Positions 54,355-63,310 of a stretch of DNA of 64,000 bases are shown in pieces. The first letter of the stretch is position 1. The number at the start of each line of letters is the position of its first letter. A program made the position numbers and the translations under genes. The DNA comes from Cyanidioschyzon merolae (taxonomy: Eukaryota). The stretch lies in the NCBI GenBank assembly GCA_000091205.1, contig AP006491.2; one strand, given 5' to 3'. A model generated the notes under the pieces. It worked only from the letters and a program-made list of their open reading frames with translations. It was not told where the DNA came from and did not search any database.

Positions 54355-56173
54355 TCAGGGGCGCTCCCCAGAACACATCACAACGAGTGCGCACGCTGCT
54401 AATGCGAGAACGCGCACAAACCCCAGCCACCCGACACGCTGTGTATATAATAGGGACAAACATTTTGTCCGCAGCGTAAGCACTATATACTGAACTGAAA
54501 GAAAGAGTTGGTAAACTTCGTTCACGCACCGCGCAGTGTCGTAGTCACCGGCCGAAATGAAGCTCGTAAGAAACGAATGAATGGAGGGCTGTAGCTCGCA
54601 CGGCCGGCGGCGGTGGCTCGCACGGCCGCCGACGGTGTTCAGCAGTGGCGGCGAACGCGCCTTAGACAAATCGTCTCCACCTGATGTGCAGACGCCTCCC
54701 AGTTTTTTGGACCGGCCACCCACTACTGCTTCCAGCTTTTTCTTATATAGTTCCACTTTGGTAGGTTGTCCAACAAAGTTCTCTCGTGTCCAGTCTGGAG
54801 GCCTTTTCTCCATTACCGCACATCTTACATTGATCACTGCGTGAAAGTCTCTGTTCACGAATTCCATCCGTTTCTTGCCATCATTGAGTGTACTTACTAA
54901 TGCAAGCAATCCTCTAAATTTCGCCCTCCTTTCCATTTGCCCCTCCATCAGCGCTCCGTATTTTTTTATATCCTCAGGACTCCTCTGGCACTTTTCCATC
55001 CCCACTCTGTGATGCGTACACCCCAGTTCGTGGTGTGTATACGATGTTCGGAACTCGTCTACAGGTATCGTAGCGAAACGCCGTGCGCACTCCTTGTACG
55101 TTCTTGTCGACGGAGCTGGTGTAGTCCCTTTTTTGGACGCCCAGCGCTCTGCTCCGTACGCTACGACGAGCCTCTGACTTTCATTCTCCTTGAGGGCGCT
55201 CAACGCATTGAAAAAGTTGGCAAATGCACGCAGCTTACCACAATACAGATTCTTACGCAGACGAGCCCACCGGCGCTTGGTGTACTCTTCCCACAGCGTA
55301 TCCCAATGAGCAACGCGGACCTTCCATGGACTCCCGAAAAGCTTCAAAGTCCGCTCCTTGACTCGTCACCTCGCTCAAAGCTTCTAGGTGATCCTTCATT
55401 CCTGAATTCCAGCTCTCGATTTTCTTCCCCGCATTCATGATTCCCGATTCTCGATAGTATCTAGCTCTCGAGAACCTCAATAGACGCATGTCTTTCTGAC
55501 GTAAACTACCGTCAGTACCATCTTCCGCACACTTCGGTGCTGCGATGGTGATGATATTTGTGTTTCCGGGGTCCGCGCCAACGACAAAGTCGATATCTTG
55601 CACTTTCTGCGTCGCAGGAGCCGCCTTGTTGTTATCTTCATGCTTCGTCGCGTCAACGACCAGGTCGTTATCCTCCACCTCCTGCATCGCAGGATTCGCC
55701 TTCTTCTTCTCTTCATGCTTCCCCGCGTCAACGACAAGGTCGTTATCCCCCACTTCCTGCGTCATAAGACCCGCCTCCTTCTCATTTCCTTCCTTCGCCG
55801 CGTCAACGAGAAAGTCATTATCCTCCAACTCGTGCGTCTCTGGATCCTCCTCTTTGTTTTCTTCGTTCTTGGTCACGGGCGTAGCCGAGGGCGGACCAGG
55901 ACGATCTGTCTTCAAGCGCCGATAGTGTACACACATGGCTACTCCATCGGTTTCGATCATCCCAGTGAATATCTTTTGTTTGCTCACTCTCAGGCGTTTG
56001 AAATTGAAGATGTTCTTTAAGTACGTCTCCCGGTTTTCACCGGAGAATTCTTCCCTGCTGACACTGAATTCGGGACTGATCTCCTTCATGATGCCGTAAA
56101 GGACTCTGGAGTCGATGGTCACAAAATGTGACTTGATATTGGACATCGGAATCACGTTAAAGCGCTTCCCCAT
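54355..56173 (-). CDS. TnpB-like (Fanzor-type) RuvC nuclease, copy B. Exon 1 is 56173-55257, the intron 55256-55199 and exon 2 55198-54355.
   Basis: RuvC-I '[18 protein letters not shown]', RuvC-II-region '[11 protein letters not shown]', zinc-finger region '[28 protein letters not shown]', RuvC-III '[20 protein letters not shown]'. The same GTAAGA/TTGAG intron as copy A joins the two ORFs. A 1-bp change in an A-run relative to copy A moves the stop from the 54676-equivalent to 54355. Confidence 0.6.
54628..54800 (-). ncRNA. Candidate omega-RNA scaffold region at the 3' end of Fanzor copy B.
   Basis: Same conserved 3' terminal block as copies A and C. The adjacent flank (54600-54627) would supply the guide if the element works like TnpB/Fanzor. 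Confidence 0.25.
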
Positions 56174-56199
56174 TAGGAAAGCCTTCCGTCTCTCCTACT

Positions 56200-57104
56200 C
56201 TTCATTTGTCTTTTCGCTCAGCTTCATCTCCGCTTCGCGTTCGAGCTCCGGGTCCAAGAACACAAAATACCGTACGACGATGCGATAGTATCTCCCCTGA
56301 TCCTTTTTCAACTCTGATATCTTTTCTGTTGGATTCACCAGCCCCAAGATTGCACGGCGCTCTTGTATAACCGAACGGATGAGGGAATTCTCATTTGTGC
56401 TCCTGCGTGACGTCTTCTTGTCGACAAATTCGACCTCATCTCCATTCTTACGATCTTTCGTAAAGCCATTGGTAATCGCCTATATTCATTTGAGAGAGCT
56501 GCCTGGGTAGAGTGCAAAAACGGCGCGTACCATGAAACGTTCGAGTTTCACGATCACGTGATTCTCCAGTTTCGTGATGTACTTCGTCGCCCCTTATATG
56601 TAAACATTCGAATCACCCCTGTATGGAGTACTGTTGAAGCTGTAGAGGGGATGTTTTTCGTAAAGGCCATGCACTAGCACATTTTCCCTCCGCGTTTCCG
56701 CTGTGCCAAGCATCAGGTGTCGAATAAATGTCTTACCGAAAAAATCGTCCGGAATCTCGACCGTTTCCAAGTGCGCCACGTTTTCGTACATCTCTCTCGC
56801 CAAATGCATCAGTCTTGACGACGCCTTGAAAATACTCATGGAGTACGAATCGAAACGTTTTTCGATAGCGTCTCACAAATTTTCCCTGTAAGGATGGTTG
56901 ATATGTTTAAGAAGACGGGCTTTCACCAGCATCTCGTCGAACAGTCGTCTTTCTTGCCGCCTTCGACTTAGGGCCTCCCCTTTTGCTTCTTCTTCTTTTC
57001 CTGTTCTTCTGGACTCGGCTCTGTTTTTTGTTTTTATTTCTGGCAGCAGGCGACCCTGGACCTACAGAATCGTCGACTTGCTTTTTCATAGCTTTTCTTT
57101 TCAT
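56200..57104 (-). pseudogene. N-terminal region of the copy B Fanzor gene (K/R-rich NLS-like segment plus putative WED-like domain), interrupted by in-frame stops.
   Basis: 'MKRKAMKKQ...RNKNKKQSRVQKNRKRRRSKRGGPKSK' (56907-57104). Downstream, '...FMVRAVFALYPGSSLK*I*AITNG...' is homologous to the continuous 164-aa ORF of copy C (62119-62613, 'FMIRVAFVLYPGIFREAMLAIIDG'). Confidence 0.4.
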
Positions 57105-57589
57105 TTTTTTTGTGTGAAAAAGAACGCTCTTTGAACCCTTCTATTATATACTGCGAGAAATCAATTGAATATGTTTACTTGAGGGTAGAGACACAATCGA
57201 ACTGGAAACTATGATTTGTTACGACTTCCACGCAAATACAGCTTGCCCGTTAGAACATCAAGAAAACGTGTCGTCACGGTCGCGTTTCTCTTCGAAGGCG
57301 ACAGATGCGTCGTGTCTCGTAAGTGCCATACTTGGAGATGCACGTATCGAGCGCGCCATACAGGAAAAAGGACAGTGACCTACGATTTACAAGAAACGAT
57401 ATAAAATTTTTTCCCGCTCTACGATAAGCGTTTAAGGGGAAATAGATCGCCGTACTATCGGAAGCTTATGTTCGAGGCGGAAGGTCCCGCGAGCCGGTCG
57501 AGTCTACCGGGCTAGAGCTCGGTATGCCTCTAAAGTGGCCGCTGCCGCTGCTGCCGCTGCTGCTGCAAGACCTGCGTAGCTCGTTCGCA

Positions 57590-58095
57590 ACGCATTTTAT
57601 CCTGAGACTATGCACAGGACGCTGCGTTGGGCCTCGCCCTGGTCGCAGTGGAATCCTAGTACAGCACTTCGCGCTGTCGCAGGTAGTAGGTCTGTCTGCG
57701 CATTTTGCATGTTCCCAGAATGACAAATAGCCCTGATTCCGGTTCAGGTGAATCATTCCTCGAGCGGACGCCCTTAGTGGTATGGCAAAGCCGTTCTGTC
57801 TCTGTACAGCACCTGCTTGAGCGGTATAAGCGCTACAGCGGGTGCTCACAACAGGCTCGGCGCTCGATAGAACATACGAAACGACCAGTATATCAGAGAG
57901 GTAGTATGGATAATGGGACTTGAGGACAGGTGCACTATGATCGAGATATCCCCGGAAGCCATCGTGCGTTCCGAATTCTGGGATGCATGGGCAATGCAAA
58001 CGTTCTTTCATCGAAAAGAAAAAAACGCTCCGGAGGCGGACTCGTCATCGAGACGCGCATCGCTCTGGATCGAATCTCCGGAAGGCGCTTCTGGG
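57590..58095 (+). repeat. Interspersed repeat family R1, copy E (longest, ~0.5 kb), abutting the 5' side of Fanzor element copy B.
   Basis: Aligns to copy C over its 5' half ('GCAGGTAGTAGGTCTGTCTGCGCA...CCCAGAATGACAA') and to copies A, B and D over its 3' half ('...ACGAAACGACCAGTATATCAGAGAGGTAGTATGGATAATGGGACTTGAGG...GAAAAGAAAAAAACGCTCCGGAGGCGGAC'). Confidence 0.55.
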
Positions 58096-58402
58096 CGATC
58101 GCGAAAGCCCTCAAGTGCATCTTTGTGTCCTCAACGGATAGCATGCTTTATTCGGGGCGCTCAGTCTCGGGCGTTCCCTCTGACTTAAAGCAATAGCTTC
58201 GTGGATCCTACAGCTGTGTTGTCAAAGAGCACTGTACCTAGTTTTGGCGAGGCCTATAGTGCTGGAGAACAAAACGATCACGGGTTTGTAGCGATCTCGG
58301 CACCAGTGCTGGAAACAACCCTGCACTGCAGCTCGGGCGATCTGAAACCTGTAGTCGGACTTTTTCGAAGATCTGTCTGGCAAGGAAGCAAATCGTGGAA
58401 CT

Positions 58403-59479
58403 GTGCTCTTTGGAATGACGTCAGGGATCGACGAGGCAGCAGCTGAGCTTCAGGGAAGTCTCTTTGGGGACGTCTCGCCTGCGATCGACACGCCGGGTGC
58501 GGCGCTTGCACGTTCGTACCCCGTCCGCATCACCGTTGTCGGAGCTGGTGACGTTGGCGTTGCTTGCGCCTATAATATTTTGACCCGAGATATTTGTAGT
58601 GAGCTGGTACTGGTGGACGTTCTCAAGGACAAACTCAAGGGTCAAGTTATGGACTTGCAGCATGGAGGTGCGTTCTACAGCACCCGCATCCGGGCTGCCG
58701 AGTCCTACGAGGATACAGCACATTCGGCAGTATGTATTATAACGGCAGGTGTGCGTCAGCGGCCCGGAGAAAGTCGTCTTGAGCTCATGGATCGCAATGC
58801 CGCATTGTTCAAAGGCATTATTCCGCCCCTGGTGCAGTATTCGCCGAACACAATCCTGTTGGTTGTGAGTAACCCCGTTGATCTATTGACACATCTAGCG
58901 TGGCAGATGAGTGGCTTGCCTCGCGAACGTGTGATTGGCTCAGGGACATATTTGGACTCTTCGCGTTTCCGCACACTTCTGGCGCAGCGGCTGGGCATCG
59001 ATACCGCTTCTGTCCAGGCCATGGTACTGGGCGAGCACGGAGACTCCTCGTTTGTGTACCGGAGTGGTATTACGGTTGGTGGCGTGCCGTTGCGAACATG
59101 CTTCGAGCGCATGACCGACGCTGCGAGCGCGTCCACAGCATTCTATGATCTGGTGAAAGGTGTCCATCAGCAAGTTGTAGCCGCGGCTTACGAGGTCATT
59201 AAGCTGAAAGGCTACACCAACTGGGCCATTGGCAGCGCTGTTGGAAGCATCGTTACAACGATTGTGCATGATCGGCGCAAAGTGCTGCCAATAACGACGC
59301 ATGCGGGCTCGTTGCGAGGCCTCGAGTCGGCGGATGTATTCTTGTCGTTGCCTTGTGTGCTAGGTCGGAATGGTGTCGTTGAAGTACTACAAATACTGCC
59401 GTTCATGGAAAGTGACGAGAAAGAAGACCTCCAATCCAGTATAGAGGCACTCCAGAGCACGCCGAAGAAAGCATCTTGA
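58403..59479 (+). CDS. L-lactate dehydrogenase (LDH/MDH superfamily, LDH-type motifs).
   Basis: 'ITVVGAGDVGVACAY' (GxGxxG), 'DVLKDKLKGQVMDLQHG', 'IITAGVRQRPGESRLELMDRN', 'LLVVSNPVD', 'GSGTYLDSSRFR', and 'LGEHGDSS' (the LDH-type GEHGDS rather than MDH GGHGDT). Confidence 0.85.
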   Translation: MLFGMTSGIDEAAAELQGSLFGDVSPAIDTPGAALARSYPVRITVVGAGDVGVACAYNILTRDICSELVLVDVLKDKLKGQVMDLQHGGAFYSTRIRAAESYEDTAHSAVCIITAGVRQRPGESRLELMDRNAALFKGIIPPLVQYSPNTILLVVSNPVDLLTHLAWQMSGLPRERVIGSGTYLDSSRFRTLLAQRLGIDTASVQAMVLGEHGDSSFVYRSGITVGGVPLRTCFERMTDAASASTAFYDLVKGVHQQVVAAAYEVIKLKGYTNWAIGSAVGSIVTTIVHDRRKVLPITTHAGSLRGLESADVFLSLPCVLGRNGVVEVLQILPFMESDEKEDLQSSIEALQSTPKKAS

Positions 59480-60644
59480 GCATGTTGCCTGTGCGTGGTA
59501 ACGCGTTGGATGCGGATCGTTTACAGGGACGTTAATCAAATGCCTCGTCGAAGTGCGGGCTCTGCACAAGCGTGCTCGGTCTGTACTCAAAATAAGCGGA
59601 TGGACAAGGAGGACTGAGATATGCTGGATACCTATGCCAAACTGGTAGGTCTTGGCAACGTACAAAAGGTGTGGAGGGGAGCGTCCGTAACCATCTCGGC
59701 GAGCTTGTTCCAAATGGACAGCATTGCTGAAGGACAAGGTGGCACCAGAATTGCAGCTGCAGAGTAGCGTTCGCCTACTATCATCATTGAAACCTGCTAG
59801 TCGTGTCATGGATACCGGACGTGATGGAGTTCGCATCCGCCACAGCGAACAAGGATCAAATCAACTGACTCAAAATTCTCCAAAGCGATGCGTGGATGAA
59901 AGCTGGCGAAAGTTGCGGGTCTGGTACGGCATAACGTACGCTTACCCGGATGCCGATATGCATCGCGCCTGGCCCGAGATACCCTGGTTCAGGTCAACCA
60001 TTCTAAACCGCAGGATAAAAGTATGCCATGATTTAACGTTCACTGATGTTGGCTGGACGGCATCGCAACGCTCCACGAACCTGGGCGCGGCGCCGAAGGC
60101 TTAGTTTCCGAGTATGACCGTGACAGACTTTGCTCTATGCGTACGGATCTGGAAAACACGAGCCGGAAGTGTGCACCAGCACGCATGGGCGACGAATAAA
60201 ACCCTTAAAGCGACGTACGAACAGTGACCTAACGATGCAAGTGGAACGAACCGAATACCCTGAGGAAGGTATGATGGCACAGCTTCTGCCTTGAGAGCGG
60301 GTGCACAAGCGCTTCAGTGCGGTAGAGGCGAAATCGTGCCGAAACGCCCGATTCGCGTCAGCGCTTCCAGTGACCAGGAATGTGCCTCCAGCTTCTCTGA
60401 CGTTCCTCTCGCGTCCCAGCAATTCTGGTACAAAGTTTCGCTCTATGCAGCACAGGCGCTGATGCAGCGCTCCTTCGGAAGCCCTGCCTTCCGCAAACTT
60501 GCACCGAAACGTTCCGTACGCAGCTATTGTGGTTATGCTTCAAAAGCAGAACGGTATTGCAGTGTCTTGGAAGCGTCGGCTCGAGCTTCTGAGGCCGAAA
60601 CGTCTCGGACGACCGCCGCACCCGACGACAACAAACATCTTTCA

Positions 60645-62831
60645 AAACAAAAACGTTGCTGCCGGCAGTGTACAGTAGTGGCGGCAACCGTGCCCTAGAC
60701 AAGAAGTCGCCAACTGACGTGCAGACGCCTTCCCGTCTTTTCCGACCTGCCACCTACTGTGGGTACCATTTGTTCTCATATAGTTGCAGTTCAAGAGGTT
60801 GTCCAACAATGGACTCTCGTGTCACCGCTGGGAGTCTTTTGTCCATTCCCGCACATCTCCGTAGATTGATTGCAGCGTTAAGGACTCGGTTCACGAACTC
60901 CATACGTTTCTTGCGGTTGATAGTCGTACTTACTAGTGCAAATAGTCCACGAGCTTTCCCCCTCCTTTCCATTTGCTCTCCGGTCAGCTGTCCCTTACTT
61001 TTTTATATCATGACGACTCCGCTGGCACTTTTTCCCTCTCCACCCTCTGAAGAGTATATCCCAACTCGTCGTGTGTAACGATGTTCGGAACTCACCCACA
61101 GGTAACGTAGCGAGACCCAGTGCGCACTCCTTGCCCATTCCTGCCGTTGGAGCTGGTGTAGTCCTTTTTTTTTCGGAGCCCAGCTCCCTACACCATATGA
61201 ATCAACGAGCCTCTGACTTGATTCTCTTTCAAGGCGTTCAATCGATTGAAAAAGCTCGCGAATGCGTGATGCTTACCACGGCACAGATTCATACGCAAAC
61301 GAGGCCACCGGGGCTTTGTATACTCGCCCTACAGCGCCACGGAATGAGCAACACGAACTTCCATGAATTTCAGAAAAGCTTGAATGTCCGCTCGTCAGCT
61401 CGTCACCACGCTCAAAGCCTCCAGGTGATCCTTCATTCCTACATTCCACGTAACCATCTTCTTCCTTGCATTCATTATACCGGATTCTCGATAGTATCTC
61501 TCTCTCTCGAAAACCTCAGCAGAAGCATATGTTTGTGGCGTAAGGTGCCGTCAGTGCAATCTTCCCTTCGCTTGTGAACAGCGATGGTTATGATATTCGT
61601 GCACCAGGGACTAAGGCCGACGCCAAAGTGGTTTTCATGGGGCTTATACGTTCCATAGCCCGTCAACCTGTGTTCGTTCTTCGGCAACGCCCGTAAAGAA
61701 GACGGGATAGGACGAGCTGCCTTCAACCGCTGATGGTGTACACATATGTGCGCCACATCGAGATCGATTGTTCCAGTGAATAACCTTTTTTTGGCCGGTT
61801 CGGGACGCTTGAAATCGAAGATATTCTTCTAGTAGGCGTCCCGATCTTCACCGGAGACCTATTTGTTGATTACATCGAGCTATGGATAGATCTCTATCCT
61901 GAAGATGCAAAAGGACTATGGGGTCGATATTCACAAAATGTGACTTGAACGCGCATAACCGACCGACATTGAAGCGCATCTGGAGAAGACTTCAATGTCG
62001 TTTCTCGCACTCGTCTTTTTTTCCACACTCAGCTCCATGCCGACCCTGCGGTCGAGGTCTCGGACCGAAAACATGGAGCAGGGCAGGATGAGAGAGTAAC
62101 AACTCTCTCCGTCGTTTCTCATATCCGAGAGTTTTCTCTTGGGCTGACATGACCCAAGACCGAACGATGTTTTAGAATAGTGGCGCGAATTACAGGAGCA
62201 TCATTCATTATCCTGCGTGATGTCCTCTTGTCGACGAGTCTGATCTCCTGTTCATGCTGGCGATCGTTCTTCATACCATCGATGATTGCAAGCATCGCTT
62301 CGCGAAATATGCCCGGGTACAGCACAAAGGCGACGCGTATCATGAAACAATCGAGGTTTGCCATTTTATGGTTCCTCATATTCGTGAGGCACCTCTTTGC
62401 CCTGTAGTCGTAAATGTCTGCGTCACCCTTGTGTCCAGCACCGAAGACGAGGAATTTGGCGTAATTCTTGAGGAAGGCATGCCCTCGCTCACTTATCCCC
62501 GATGTTTTCCCATTAAAAACAATCAGGTAGTTGATAAAAGTCTTTTGGAAAAATTTTTCCGGAAACATCACTTTCGCGATAAGCGTTACGTCCCGATGCA
62601 GGTCGCTGTCCAAATGCCAACGTCCTAAAGAAAAGCTCCAAACATACCCGGCCTACGATCCGCCACGGTTTCTGATAGCGTCTCGCAACAATCAGTCGTA
62701 CGGATCATTGATATGTTGGAGAAGATAAGATTCCACCACCATCTTGTCGTACAGAAGTCACAATTTCGGCCTTCGATGTAAGGCCCCCCATGTTGCTTCT
62801 TCTTCTTTTCCTGACCCTCTTCGCTAGGCAA
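60645..62831 (-). pseudogene. Fanzor/TnpB-like gene of copy C, pseudogenised. It lacks the 3 extra tandem repeats seen upstream of RuvC-I in copy B.
   Basis: Homologous segments lie in different frames and carry stops. The RuvC-I aspartate context is degraded to 'GLSPW'. Confidence 0.5.
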
Positions 62832-63310
62832 TATGTCTCATTTCATTCTGACATCCGGCAGCACCGGCCACCCCAAACCCACTACATCATACTACATAAG
62901 TGTCAGATTTTTTGGGAGAACATCTCATTGGACGCTTCTGCTTTGAACGGCGAGAATCTGGTGAATAGAGTTACTTTAAGATTGGAACGCCACTGAAGCC
63001 AAAACTATACTTTGCTACGATTCGATCGCAAATACAAGTGGCCCCGATAGAGCAGTCGCTCCAGAAGAGGTCATTACCGCGTTTTTCTTGATCGGAGAGG
63101 CGCACGTTGGGTGACGTGACGGCCAGATTTCGCGATGCGTTACCAGGACGCACGACAGAGAAAATGCAAAAAAATTAACCAATATGCACAAACAGGATAG
63201 CAAGTACTATTGCAACCTAGTGTAAACGTAAAGAAGATGATTTCGCGTATGGTCAAAGTGTTACATTTAATCGGGAGGTCTGCGTGCCGCGAGACTACCG
63301 GCCTGCCCTC
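60645..63310 (-). mobile_element. Fanzor/TnpB-carrying mobile element, copy C (degenerate, multiple frame disruptions).
   Basis: Fragments 'RMEFVNRVLNAAINLRRC' (60754-60972), 'GLSPWCTNIITIA' (RuvC-I remnant, 61475-61756), 'RFNVGRLCAFKSHFVNIDP', an intact 164-aa N-terminal-domain ORF (62119-62613) and the K-rich 'GQEKKKKQHGGPY' segment (62625-62831). The 3' terminal ~100 nt are conserved with copies A and B. Confidence 0.55.

Larger units (their letters stand above)
54628..57520 (-). mobile_element. Fanzor/TnpB-carrying mobile element, copy B (most complete; >=2.9 kb).
   Basis: Homology to copy C (60645-63310) runs from the shared 3' terminus '...GAACACCGTCGGCG' through the nuclease ORFs, the K/R-rich N-terminal ORF (56907-57104) and ~400 bp of 5' non-coding sequence. 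It diverges from copy C at ~57520, where an R1 repeat begins. GC content is lower than in the flanking host genes. Confidence 0.65.

Noticed and set aside
57205-57230. 'TTGTTACGACTTC' identical to the reverse complement of the universal SSU rRNA 3' region (1492R site)
   Set aside because: Only a 13-mer matches. The flanking sequence does not continue as rRNA, and the motif is not conserved in the homologous position of copy C.
57466-58011. 181-aa minus-strand ORF across R1 copy E (with similar antisense ORFs over the other R1 copies)
   Set aside because: Its apparent conservation follows from nucleotide similarity of the repeat. Stops fall at different places in each copy, so no coding constraint is evident.
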